DNA of 64,000 nt from Octopus sinensis (GCF_006345805.1 NC_043015.1:9486001-9550000), one strand, 5' to 3'. Shown: positions 14,085 to 26,205, counted from the stretch's first letter. Notes: generated by a model not told the origin, from the sequence alone. Made by a program: numbers and translations.

Positions 14085-14420
14085 GTTCATCCTTTCGGGG
14101 TCGATAAGGCAATTACCAATTGAGTGTTGGGGTCAATGTAATCAGCATGCACCTTTCCTTGAAATTGCAGACCATGTGCTAAAATTTTAAGCCAATATTC
14201 AGAGGATCTAAGGCGACGATATTGCAGAAGCGTATCTATGCCGGGAAAATACTGAGCGGCATTTCACGCAGCTCCTGGTTCCGAGTTGAAATTGTGCCGA
14301 GGCTGACTTTGGCTTACATTCTTTCGGAGTCGATAGAATATGTAGAAGTTGTGCACAGAAGTCGATGTAATCGACTGCCCTTCTTCATTCATAATTACAA
14401 GTCCTGTTCCTACTAAAGAA
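14085..14420 (+). mobile_element. Diverged SINE fragments
   Basis: ttcatcctttcggggtcgataa...ggggtcaatgtaatc and gtcgatgtaatcgact motifs shared with other in-window SINEs. Confidence 0.55.
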
Positions 14421-15310
14421 AACAAAAATGTACCGTCCTTGTCGCTGCGTTACTGTGGACTTTGTTGCTATTCGTTAATTTTTTTTTACTTGTATTGACA
14501 TATTAACTGGATCAATTATTTTTCTCATCATACCATAACTCATTGTGTTATACTAGATAAACCATAAATACCTTTATGCTGTTTAAATCTGTTCAAGTAT
14601 TGTTAAGGCTTTTCCTATATTTCTTTTAACATCAAATATTAAGATTTTCTCAGAAATTTTTGAGCTTGTAAGGTTTTCGTAATATTTCTTCCTCATGGTA
14701 ACAAAAACCCCGATATTATTTTGTTATCTAACGAGCTTGGTAACTAATTCTTTCCATAATTTAAGAATTTTACACATTAAAACTGTTTAATAATTTACTC
14801 TATTTTTGCATTTACTTTTCCTGTTATTAAAAATGGGAATAAAACATGTTGAAAAGTAACCAAATTTGCAAAATTTGCAAAATCTCATCGTCTACAAACA
14901 TTACGTAATGAACTATGTATTGCGCCCAAAATACGTAAAAGCAGCTATCATAAATAAGCAATATCTTGTCGGTTACTTATCAGCTCTTACGTTCTGTCTG
15001 TCTTTCTCTCTCCCTCTCTTACTTTGCTATTACAAAGGCAGCGACTTAGTAAGTGTAGAGACAGTGAACGTAAAGGTTGACGTACTAGTTAGAGCGTTCG
15101 ACAAAATACTAAGCGTTCTTCTGTGTTTTTCGTTCAAACACCACCAAGTTTAACTTCACCTTTCATCCTTACAGGATAAATAAAATAAAGTAGCGGTCGT
15201 GAACTGGGCTCGATGTAATCAAATTTCCCCTCCAATCACACTTACTGGTCTTGCGCCAAAAATTACAAAGAAATTACCGTCGTCATCAAGCTCATCGTCA
15301 TTCGTATCGA

Positions 15311-15660
15311 TCAGTAGTAGTAGTAGTAGTAGTAGTAATAGTGGTGGTGGTGGTGGTGGTAGTAGTGGTAGTAGCAGTAGTAGTAGTAGTAGGAGGAGGA
15401 GGAGGAGGAAGTGGAAGATGTGGAGGAGGAGGAGGAGGAATGGGAAGGGGAAGAGGTGGAGGAGGAGGACGAAGAGGAAGAGGAAGAGGAAATAGTGGTG
15501 GAGGAGGAGGAGGAGGATGAAGTGGTGGAGGAGGAGGAAGGGGAAGCGGGGGAGGGGAGGGAAGGAGGAGAGCAGTTGTAGCTTACCCACCACCACTATC
15601 AGTAATTGCAACGATAACAGCAGTACCAGCAGAAACGGGCAGTTGTTGTAGTAATAGTAG
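15311..15660 (+). repeat. Compound purine-rich triplet repeat (AGT)n(GGT)n(GGA)n
   Basis: Directly visible; follows a diverged SINE piece at ~15150-15260. Confidence 0.9.
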
Positions 15661-16437
15661 TTGTAGTAGAGGTAGGTAAATCACGAATGCTGCTGAAGTT
15701 CTTTTTGCTTTTGTTACTGATTTTTGGGGCAATCGAAAAATAAATACTATGTTAAAATTACAGAGCTATAATCACTTCATTTAGATTCGGTTAGCAGTTT
15801 TTTATATGTAGTTTTTTTCTTTTTTGCATATTCACAATGTTCTTGGTCATACAGAATTAGTAATAAACATTGATGTTACTGCCAATTTGTAAACGTCGTT
15901 ATTTGTCGTTTATCTCCGGAGACATCATCTGTCCACTAATGATATATCGTTAAAGCGTTCTTAATGTATGTCCTTTGCGCCGACTGACGAAATGCTGTTT
16001 CCAATTAATTTAAATACAGGAAATTTCATAGTGCCGCCTGTGTAGTATATTCTATTAAATATATCTTCGCCGAGAGGTCATATTATATTATTTAAACTAT
16101 TTATTGTTATTTGTATGACTGCAGCTGACTTCAAGGCTGAAGGTATGATATAATGAAGTAGAACAATATATATGTTTTGAAAATATCTACACTTAACAAT
16201 CCAGTTTGTCTAACGATTTGACTTGTTAATACCGATATATGACCAAAAGTGCTGGGCCTATGCTAACCCTGTCAAATAAAATGTGCTCGTATTAAGGACG
16301 CCACATCTCTGACAAATCTGTTTGCTTTTCACTTTTTGGTTTTACTTTAGTTTCTAGCAAAGATAATTCTTGACTGAGCATAATGTCAACAATTTTTCAG
16401 TCGTCACAATACCATTTTTATATATCTACACTATATG

Positions 16438-16760
16438 ATTCAGTGGTTAGAGTGTCGAGCTTACGATCGTTAGATTGTTAGCTCGAATCCCGGACCGGGC
16501 TGCGTGTGGTGTTCTTGAGCAAGACACTTTATTTCACGTTGCTCCAGTTCACTCAGCTGTAGAAATGAGTTGCGTCGTCACAGGTGCCAAGCTGTATCGG
16601 CATTTGCTTTTCCTTGGATAACACTGGTTTCATGAAAAGGGGAGGCCGGTATGCATGGGTGACCGCTGGTCTTCCATAAACACCCTTGCCCGGATTGTGC
16701 CTGGGAGGGTAAATTTCTAGGTGCAGTCCTAAGGTCAGTGTCGTGACCGAAGGGGGTCTC
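16438..16760 (+). mobile_element. tRNA-derived SINE with CORE-like central domain
   Basis: A-box-like agtggttagag, B-box-like ctcgaatccc, then ttcttgagcaagacacttt...ccagttcactcagctgtagaaatgagt. Confidence 0.75.
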
Positions 16761-17529
16761 AGACAATATATACTTGTATACGATTTGAATGGCTTCAGCT
16801 GCTACTTTCATGAAGTCTAATAGTCTTAAGGATGCATTCACAGATATCATGTGATACTTTAACTCTTTTGTTATGGGTACGTTCATCGAATACGTACCTT
16901 TACAAGCAAAGGACATACGTTGTTATAATTATTCACTCACTGAGTACGAATACAACGGTCACTTTACGTTTACATTTACAAATATAACTCTATAATATGA
17001 CTGTGCTACTCAAACACATACACGAAAAATCTTTCAGAATCTTTGAATTATAAAACCTGCAAGCAAATCCTGTAAGACATGGTAACCGGATTAAAGTTCA
17101 TGGAAGACATAGAGTTAATTGAGAGTAAGAAACAAGTTCGGAATAGCCACGTGGATTTAAACTGTTGGTATTAAATATAAGATTCAATCTAATTAGGATT
17201 GTGTCTATTGTCTAATTATTTTCTGAGGTACATAATTTCGATATACAATGATTCAACAAGTTTATAAAGGGAAGTAGTGTGATGCGTATGCAATTTGTTT
17301 TGTCGTTCCTAAGTGCCCAAAAGGCAGTGAAAAAACTGCTTCCTTAACCCTCTTCATTTACTGGTACGTACATGTGTAGCTGCTAAATACATCTAAAAAA
17401 GAATGTTAAACAAATTAAAATGGTTTTCCATTATTGCAAGTAGAGTATCATACATGTCATGTAAAGTAAGCAATCAAGAGACAATGAATGCAGAAAAAAT
17501 AAATAGTACTATGTTAAACAGGTGTCACA

Positions 17530-17890
17530 GTATGCTGCATTTTTACTGAATGGCAATAGAAATTTTATCTTTTGGGAGACTACAACGCAGTGTTGCATAT
17601 GGAGGTAGTACATTCATGGCATTTTGGGGCAGCTGCCAATTACATGTGTGATATCTTCCAATGAAATATCACATTATATATATTTTCGGTTGCATCTTGG
17701 AACGCCAAGATCTTGAGTATCTCTTCTTTATTAGGTATTTAGTAGCGTTTCCTGTTCTTGGATAGCAAATGCACAGCTTTAGAAGCGTAATGTGATGTAG
17801 CCGTCACGATTCCTAGATATGTTTTGCTTTATATCAATATTACACTCCACTTGATTTCTGGGGGAAACAAACCCATGGATATATTTTTGT
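17530..17890 (-). mobile_element. R4-like LINE fragment, zinc-knuckle region, degenerate
   Basis: Minus-strand translation YITLRF*SCAFAIQEQE...LEDITHVIGSCPKM. Confidence 0.65.
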
Positions 17891-18631
17891 TGTAGTTGTA
17901 GTTGTTGTTTTGTTTGTATGCTCAGTATTTCACATCCATGACTTGTCTTTAGGTATTTATCTCTTTAGGTCCGGCTGCTTTGAAGTTGTACGTGATGTCA
18001 TCCGGAACAGAGTGCTTTATTTAACACTAAATTTAACATCAAATAACACAATTACCACCACTGTGAAGTTCAAGATTAAGAAAGCTATTTATAAACCTGC
18101 CTGTGCGCGGGAAATCTTACGGGATGCCATATTGCAACGCATATAAAACGTGAGTGGCGTAATACACGTAAATATAAGAAAACCAATGTTGCCGTGGTGC
18201 AGACAGCAAATTATATAAAACAGATGAACTGCTTTGTCAAGACTGTCAATGTGATGGTATTAGCGGACGTATATACATACACAGATACACACATACGCGG
18301 ACAAGCACACACACACATACACACACATGAACTCGCACGCGTGCACGCACACACGTATACACACACATACATGCTGTCATGTATGTCTGAAAGAACTGCG
18401 CCATAAATATTATGGACACTAAAGAATTTGACTGGGAGAAGTGGCCATACTCATGATTAATAATGCGTATATTTACACACAGACACACACTAACGCATAA
18501 TTATATGTGTAAACGTATAAATATAAATATATGCTTGTGTATGTATATATATATATATATATATAAATGTGTGTATATATGCATCCATCCATCCATCCAT
18601 CCATCCATCCATCCATCCATACATACATACA

Positions 18632-18667
<36 letters not shown>

Positions 18668-18907
18668 TATATATTTGACCGACAATGTAGTAGCACTTTT
18701 CTGAAGCAAGTCTGACGAAGTACTTCTCCAATGACTAAAACCGCACATATTACGTAACTTTTCTGTTAGAAATATATTATGTAAACTGGCATTGAAAATG
18801 CAGATAATGCGGAAGCATTTGCAACTTACAATTAAAGATGCGTTAAATAATTACTTTGACGTCTTTTTAATGGGTGTGTGTATATATTTACATGCATCTA
18901 TGTATAC

Positions 18908-18942
<35 letters not shown>

Positions 18943-19076
18943 AGTTCATCAACATTTAGATTCAAATGAATATTGTTAGATGCACCAGAGTTTTGTATGG
19001 TGTTATCCATATAAATCCATGGGGTGATTATAGTCAAAATATGCAACATTATGTATTAATGGAAAACCTCTATTAA

Positions 19077-19160
19077 TGGCTAATGATTGCTCAAGATTTT
19101 AAAACTGTCGTAATACTCACAACATTTAATAAAATGATGTAACGTGAAACGATCGTACCA
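19077..19160 (+). ncRNA. Degenerate type I hammerhead motif
   Basis: tgg-CTAATGA...GAAA-cgatc-GTA-cca; palindromic ACGATCGT stem III; core G5>A; stem II unclear. Confidence 0.35.
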
Positions 19161-19856
19161 AATTACCGAAGTTATCCTTGTTGCTTATTTTGAATATATA
19201 TATGGTTAATCCAAAAAAAGAACAAACAAGAAGAAACAATAACTCGAGGATGTAGTATAAATGCTGTATTATCAGACGCTAAGGATACACACACACATAC
19301 ACACATGCGCATGTATATGTATATATATCGATATCATATTTACACTAGCAATTCGAGTTTACATACATATTAAACGGCATAATATAATATAATGAAGCCC
19401 ACATAAAACTACGAATGCATCCTCAACATATAATAAATCTTACTCCTTTGAATTAACACAATCATTCTCTCAGCTATTAAGTATTTTACAATAGAAAGAT
19501 TCCTAATTAGATCCAATTAAAAACACTAATAATTCGTTTTAAAAACTCCACTAATTAGATTTAACAGATCAATATAAAAGTATTACGAAGGAAATGATGT
19601 CTTTAACTATATGAATAAATCTAGAACGTTCACGAAAATTTAAATTTTGGCTTGAGAGAAGAAGAGTAACTCTGGAATTGCAAAATGCAAAAGAATGAAA
19701 GGAAACTTCCAAGCATTGGGTGATATGAATATTTACCGAGACAGTGACCGATCTGTTCTCGTTTGAAAATCGTTGAGGCCTGATGACTGAATCACGATTC
19801 TACGTTCCTGAATATATGTATATGTATCCGCGCATATATATATATAAATATATACC

Positions 19857-19936
19857 AAGCAATTAAGGGTTTAGCAACGAATTGCCTTACCGCACACCGA
19901 ATTTAAGGCAATTCGTTGCTAAACCCTTAATTGCTT
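19857..19936. repeat. Perfect 33-bp inverted repeat, 14-nt spacer
   Basis: aagcaattaagggtttagcaacgaattgcctta (19857-19889) / reverse complement at 19904-19936. Confidence 0.95.
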
Positions 19937-20154
19937 AGTATTACTTAAATTTTCCTCGAATGAGGCTTTTACATGCCCATGACTACTTGTTGTAATTGAT
20001 AATTATTCCAAATTAATTAATTTCACCCTTCATTGTTACTCATATATATATATATATATAATATATATATTATATATGTGTGTGTGTGTGTGTGTGTATA
20101 CGTGTATGGGAGCGTGTGTGTGTGGTGTGTGTCTATGGATGGATGTATATATAT

Positions 20155-21300
20155 ATGGCCTACCTGGAATCACATATCTATGAAAAATCCAAATATAAGT
20201 ACGGCCAGTCTTTCTACAAATACCTGTTGGAGAACTGGAAACGCTACTTAGATGATTGCCTCATCCTATGGTCCCACACACTCGACCAACTTATAGACTT
20301 CAAAAACCTTATCAACAGTGTAAATAACAACATTCAATTCACAATGGAATGTAGTCAGGACCAACTCCCTTTTCTTGACATTCTAATCATTAAAAAAGGC
20401 GTCAACATTGAAACTAACATCCATTACAAACCCACTGACTCTAAACAATACCTTCTATTCACCTCCAATCACCCAAAACACACAAAGACAAATATCCCCT
20501 TCAACCTAGCGAGAAGAATCTGCACAATTGTCTCAAATGACGCAACACGAAATAGAAGACTCCGGGAACTAAGGGCAATTCTTCTTGAAAGACATTACCC
20601 GGCATCACTAGTAGACAACGGAATAGAACGGGCCAAATCAATCAGCACTCAAGACCTACGAAAACCTAAACACATCCACCGTACAGTAAATAGCCTCCCC
20701 TATCTCTCAACACACAACCCAAGGAATGCAGAAGCTTACACTATTATATACAACAACATTCCACAACTAAATCAAGACCCACGCCTGAAAAAATTACTGG
20801 CAGCTCATAAAATAATAAAAATTAAGAGACAACCTAAATCCCTAAAAAACCTCCTCACCAACGCAAAATTACACAACACAAACCCACCGCCCACCATCAA
20901 AATATGTGGTCGCCCCAACTGCAGGACTTGCATCCACCTCATTGAGGGATCGACGTACCAGTTCCGCTCGGGACACACATTCATCATAAAAAATAATTTC
21001 ACGTGCGCATCAACAAATGTACTCTACGTCATAAGGTGTGAAGGATGCCGCGAAGACTACATAGGGCAAACGAGCCTTACCTTCAGAGAAAGAATGACAG
21101 TTCGCCGACAACAACTGAGGGACCCCTCCACAAGACAGATACCACTAAGTGGACACTTAGACCATTGTGCACACAATAAGTCCCCCAAATTCTTAGTCTT
21201 CCCACTATACCAATGCTCGGACAACACCACAGACCAAACACGAATAAATAGGGAAAGTAATCTTATTCAAAAATACAGACCACAACTAAACATACTCTAA
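20155..21300 (+). CDS. Penelope-like element (Neptune-type) ORF: RT C-terminal half + Cys linker + GIY-YIG endonuclease; 5'-truncated
   Basis: Open 381 codons: WKRYLDDC, LPFLDI, YKPTD, HPKHTKTNIPFNLARRI, CGRPNCRTC, VLYVIRC...YIGQT, RESNLI...LN; the upstream part of ORF 20080 is microsatellite. Confidence 0.93.
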   Translation: MAYLESHIYEKSKYKYGQSFYKYLLENWKRYLDDCLILWSHTLDQLIDFKNLINSVNNNIQFTMECSQDQLPFLDILIIKKGVNIETNIHYKPTDSKQYLLFTSNHPKHTKTNIPFNLARRICTIVSNDATRNRRLRELRAILLERHYPASLVDNGIERAKSISTQDLRKPKHIHRTVNSLPYLSTHNPRNAEAYTIIYNNIPQLNQDPRLKKLLAAHKIIKIKRQPKSLKNLLTNAKLHNTNPPPTIKICGRPNCRTCIHLIEGSTYQFRSGHTFIIKNNFTCASTNVLYVIRCEGCREDYIGQTSLTFRERMTVRRQQLRDPSTRQIPLSGHLDHCAHNKSPKFLVFPLYQCSDNTTDQTRINRESNLIQKYRPQLNIL

Positions 21301-21419
21301 CATACCCCCTAGGCACACATCCAGAGCAAGCACACAGGGACACGCGCACACTCGCGACATATCATGCAGGCGGACACATGCACGCATCGGTACACATAGG
21401 GCACACTAGCGGGCATTGA

Positions 21420-22900
21420 CCACACACATACGCGGCACGCACACACATGCATTATATATATGTATGTTATGTATGTGTGTGAGTGTTGTGTGGGTTGTGT
21501 GTGTGTGTGTGCGTTGTGTGTGTGTGTGCGTGTGTGTGTGCATGTGCATTGTGTGAGTGTATGTATTTATATGTGTATATGTTTTATATATATGTATATA
21601 TGTGTGTGTTGTGTGTGTATGCATTGTATATGTGTATATGTGAGTGCATTGCTTGTGTATGTGTGTGGTATGTAGATATATATGTGTGTGTACGCTATAT
21701 GTATATATTTTGTGTGCGTGTGTGTGTGCATTATATATATGTATGTGTATATGTGTGAATATATATATATATATGTGTGTGTATATATATGTGCATTATG
21801 TGTATGTGCATTGTGTATATGTATATTATATGTATGTGTGTTGTATATGTATGTGTGGTGTATATGTATGTGTACATTATGTGTATATGTATGTGTATGT
21901 GTGCATTGTATATATGTATATTGTATGTGTGTATATGTGGTATATTTATGTATGTGTAAGTAAACACTATATATATGTATATATGTATATATGTATATGC
22001 ATTGTCTATATATATATATTATATATTGTGTATTGTGTATGTTATATGTATATATTGTGTATGTGTATTATATATATGCTGTGTATGTGTATTGTATGTA
22101 TATATGTGTTAGGTGTATTTGTGTTGTATTTATATTATGTATGTATGTGTGCGTGTGTCGTGTGTGTGTGTTGTGTGTGTGTGTGTGTTGTGTGTGTGTG
22201 TTGTGTGTGTTATATGTGTGTATATTATATATGAATATATGTTATACTTTTGTGTTGTCTGTGTGTATTATATCTGTGTGTGTTGTGTGTGTGTGTTCTG
22301 TATGTGTGTGTGTTGTGTGTGTGTGTGTGTTGTGTGTTTGTATATTATGTGTGTTTGTTTGTTGTGTGTGGGGGGTGAGATATGCGTGTGTGTGTTGTGT
22401 GTGTGTGTATGATGTGTGTGTGTGTGTTTGTATAAATGTATATGTAGTGCGTGTGTATGGCCCGCACACACGCGTAGACGCGCACGGGCGGGCACGCATA
22501 TATACACACACCATCCTACCCCAAAAAATTCTACCCCAAAAAAACACACATCTATTTTCGGCACCCTGGAACCTTTCAAAAACAGCCCCCCCCACACACG
22601 CAGACGCTTTTATACGTGTGTATGCACGCACAGAGGGGCACGCACAATCACACCAGGTTCACCACCATACAGGCACATATATACACACGCAGCACCATGT
22701 CAAATGCCATCCACACTCATGCATGCGTACACACGCACGCACACGCACACATGCGCACGCACACACACGCACACGCAACACCATGACAACCACACACACT
22801 TGACAGACAGACGCCATCTGACCAAATACTACAGACACACAGACACATCTATTCACACCACATGTATGTGTATGCACGCACAGATACACGCAGAGAGACA
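21420..22900. repeat. Long irregular (TG/TA/CA) low-complexity tract
   Basis: Directly visible; the ORFs here are artefacts of composition. Confidence 0.9.
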
Positions 22901-22934
22901 CACATATTCACCTCATCCTAACCTCAAAATCATT

Positions 22935-22974
22935 GATGCTTGAAGGAAAGCCAAAAAAAAAAAACGGGTACATC
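22935..22974 (+). ncRNA. Possible degenerate or mis-read hammerhead in the 3' region of the Neptune-type PLE
   Basis: gatg-CTTGAAGGA-aagcc(a)n-acgg-GTA-catc; stem I and GUA present, core corrupted. Confidence 0.3.
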
Positions 22975-23063
22975 TTTTTCAATTCTACATTTCTGCTAAA
23001 ACGGACAGGACAGTAAACAACCTTGCCTCGAATTCATAATATTCTGTACTGGCCCTGAGATGT

Positions 23064-23352
23064 ATAATATATTTGTTTTAATCTTTTCTGCCCATTTTTT
23101 CAAATATTCTCATCATACTGTTGTACTTTCTTATGTCCTTAACATGCCCCTGTTACCAAAAACTGTATACATACATGTAATGTGGCAATTTGCAACAACC
23201 AATAATTAACGCAACCAAACTTCCAATAATATATTTGTTTTATTCTTTACTGCCCATTTTTTCAAATTTTCTAATCACACTGTTGTACTTCTTTATGTCC
23301 TTAACATGCCCCTTTTACCAAAGACTGTATATATACATGTAATGTGGCAATT
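23064..23352. repeat. Two diverged direct copies of ~127 bp (23064-23190, 23226-23352)
   Basis: ataatatatttgtttta...catgtaatgtggcaatt repeated with period 162. Confidence 0.85.
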
Positions 23353-23468
23353 ATATAAAAAAAATTAGAATTCATAATATTCTATGCTACTTTTGACAAT
23401 CTTTCTCCAAAGAGTGAAACCGGTTAAGTAAATAAACATCTTTTAAATTGCATTTTCAAACTTCTTTC

Positions 23469-23503
<35 letters not shown>

Positions 23504-23699
23504 GTGCGTGTGAATGCGGTTATGTATATATATATATATATATATATACAAATATGAGAGAGAATCCACTATGTCGAGGCCCTTACGCCAAAGAGAGATC
23601 CGTATGTGTCTCAACGTGAAAATGATAAGCCGAACTACTCGTACTTTTGACCACGTGTTAATATCCGGCGTGCAGTTCGACAAATTATATTTTATGACG

Positions 23700-23778
23700 A
23701 ACTTCACTGATGATCTGCAGATCAATTGTCTAAGTAAAATTGCATAAGTTATTAACAGTGAAACAATTGTATGGGGTT
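23700..23778 (+). ncRNA. Type I hammerhead ribozyme, family A copy 1
   Basis: aacttca-CTGATGA-[46 nt, ctg...cag]-GAAA-caatt-GTA|tggggtt; 7-bp stem I with two G.U pairs; ACAATTGT palindrome; U.U at base of stem II. Confidence 0.75.
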
Positions 23779-24222
23779 AATCTATATTTTTGTTATTTTT
23801 CGTTTGTCCTGCTCGCTTACTTTCATAGTGTGATATTTTTTTCTTGAGAACAATTCTTCGTGGTTGAGACTCATGCGGATCTCTCTATAGCGTAAGGGCG
23901 TCCACATAGTGGATTCTCTCTCATATTGTGTATTAATAATATTTACTGAATCTCAGATTCTATGCGCTAAACCACTGGTGTTAATTGATGTTATTAAATT
24001 AATATCCATTTTTCACCCTCATTTTGATTTTAATTCTAAATTAATATTTTCTCAAACCAGCGTAACTACTGCAGTGAATTATTATGAAGTATTTATTTCT
24101 GGATTTGGCGCGGTAGAACGAGGGCATTTGAATATTACTGTGAATATAATAGGCCGAACTACTCCTATTTTTATATCGTGTTAATATCTGGCGTGCAGTT
24201 CGACAAATTATATTTTAAGAAG

Positions 24223-24301
24223 AACCTCACTGATGATCTGCAGATTAATTGTCTAAGTAAAATTGCATAATTTATTAACAGTGAAACAATTGTATGGTGT
24301 T
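24223..24301 (+). ncRNA. Type I hammerhead ribozyme, family A copy 2
   Basis: aacctca-CTGATGA...GAAA-caatt-GTA|tggtgtt; one stem I mismatch. Confidence 0.7.
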
Positions 24302-24752
24302 AATCTATATTTTTGTTATTTTTCATTTGTCCTACTCGCTTACGTTCATACTGTGATAATTTTTTCTAGAGAACAATTCTTAGTGGTTGAGACTCATGCG
24401 GATCTCTCTATAGCGTAAGGGCGTCAACATAGTGGATTCTCTCTCATATTTGTGTATTAATAATATTTACTGAATCTCAGATTTCTATGCGCTAAACCAC
24501 TGGTGTTAAATTGATGTTATTAAATTAATATCCAATTTTTCACCCTCATTTTGATTTTAATTCTAAATTAATATTTTCTCAAACCAGCGTAAACTACTGC
24601 AGTGAATTATTTATGAAGTATTTATTTCTGGATTTGGCGCGGTAGAACGAGGGCATTTGAATATTACTGTGAATATAATAGGCCGAACTACTCCTATTTT
24701 TTATATCGTGTTAATATCTGGCGTGCAGTTCGACAAATTATATTTTAAGACG

Positions 24753-24831
24753 AACCTCACTGATGATCTGCAGATTAATTGTCTAAGTAAAATTGCATAA
24801 TTTATTAACAGTGAAACAATTGTATGGTGTT
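24753..24831 (+). ncRNA. Type I hammerhead ribozyme, family A copy 3
   Basis: Same motif as copy 2. Confidence 0.7.
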
Positions 24832-25082
24832 AATCTATATTTTTGTTATTTTTCATTTGTCCTACTCGCTTACGTTCATACTGTGATAATTTTTTCTAGA
24901 GAACAATTCTTAGTGGTTGAGACTCATGCGGATCTCTCTATAGCGTAAGGGCGTCAACATAGTGGAATCTCCCTCATATTTGTGTATTAATAATATTTAC
25001 TGAATCTCAGTTTTTATGCGCTAAACCACTGGTGTTAAATTGATGTTATTAAATTAATATCCAATATTTTCACCCTCATTTT

Positions 25083-25130
<48 letters not shown>

Positions 25131-25149
25131 ATATATATTATATATATAT

Positions 25150-25233
25150 GGAGATAGATAGATTAGATAGATAGATGATAGATAATAGATAGATAGATAG
25201 ATATATAAATATAGATAGATAGATAGATAGAGA

Positions 25234-25287
<54 letters not shown>

Positions 25288-25320
25288 GATAGATAGATAG
25301 ACAGACAGATAGATGGATTG
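25150..25320. repeat. (GATA)n microsatellite
   Basis: Directly visible. Confidence 0.95.
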
Positions 25321-25526
25321 ATAGGCGTTATAATTCTAACGGCTATTTCTGGCGGTGTCCAGGGCCATAATGCTAGAAATAGTTTGCAGCGATATGTAGA
25401 AAAACGCGACCAATCATAACAATAGCGCGTAAACTGATTCATTCGTTCGTTCAAGAATAATTGATCTTAAATTTGTCTCACTTAACGAAATCTTTCAATA
25501 CTACTATTAATAAAAGTGCAGGCATC

Positions 25527-25570
<44 letters not shown>

Positions 25571-25636
25571 ATATAAAGTATGATATATATCATATATATA
25601 TATATAATTATATATATAGATATATATATATATACA

Positions 25637-26205
25637 TGTGCGTATCATTTAGGTTGACGAGGGAAGGATGACCTCCCCTTGCAAATACCGATAGGGCACA
25701 GAAAGTGCGCCAATAGCCAGCAGGCGAAGATGTTCTGCTGGGGCTACAAGCTACAATAACATCCACCCATAGTGATTAGCCATATTTAGATGGCAAACAT
25801 ACTTCACGTTGTTGTGCAGTTAATGTCCATACCTCGTTCAGAGATTTATTATTGCTTGTATACACTTTTTAAAGATCAGTGACGAAACGTCACTGGAAAA
25901 AGGATAGATGTATTTGCATTGGGACCCTTCCATCGAAAACCGTCGATTGCCGTGCGCTGATGACGGGTCAATACCCAGAAACTGTAGTCCGTGCGTATCA
26001 CTTAGGTTGACGAGGGAAGAAACTTCCCTTTGCAAATACCGATAGGGCACATAAAGTTTGTCAATAGCCAGCTGGCGAAGATGTTCTCCTGGTGCTACAA
26101 GCTACAGCAACATCCACCCTTAGAGATTAGCAATATTTAGATGGGAAATATACTTCCGATTGTCGTGCAGTTACTGTCTATACCTCGTTCAGAGATTTAT
26201 ATTGT
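25637..26205 (+). mobile_element. HHR repeat family B: 1.6 x 353-nt unit starting at the predicted cleavage site (retrozyme-like)
   Basis: 25637-25855 aligns to 25990-26205 (roughly 80-85% by eye); (TA)n on both flanks. Confidence 0.75.
25951..25995 (+). ncRNA. Minimal type I hammerhead ribozyme, family B
   Basis: cgtgcg-CTGATGA-c-gggt(caat)accc-a-GAAA-ctgta-GTC|cgtgcg; 6-bp stem I; C.A at base of stem II. Confidence 0.8.

Larger units (their letters stand above)
23551..25087 (+). mobile_element. HHR tandem array family A: ~2.75 x ~527-nt non-coding unit with a 62-nt inverted 5' appendage (retrozyme-like)
   Basis: Units start 23629, 24153, 24682; 23551-23613 is the reverse complement of 23862-23924; (TA)n on both flanks. 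Confidence 0.8.

Noticed and set aside
15199-15611. Ser/Gly/Arg-rich ORFs resembling SR or protamine-like proteins
   Set aside because: Products of triplet repeats; no splice or domain support
19785-19830. CTGATGA upstream of the Neptune-type PLE
   Set aside because: No GAAA, stem III or stem I in register
20080-20154. N-terminal extension of the 406-aa ORF (MCVCVCIRV...)
   Set aside because: Microsatellite read-through; PLE homology starts at MAYLE (20155)
21406-22943. Many long ORFs (up to 270 aa) rich in C/V/Y/I/H/T
   Set aside because: Translations of TG/TA/CA repeats; the same applies to similar ORFs across the window
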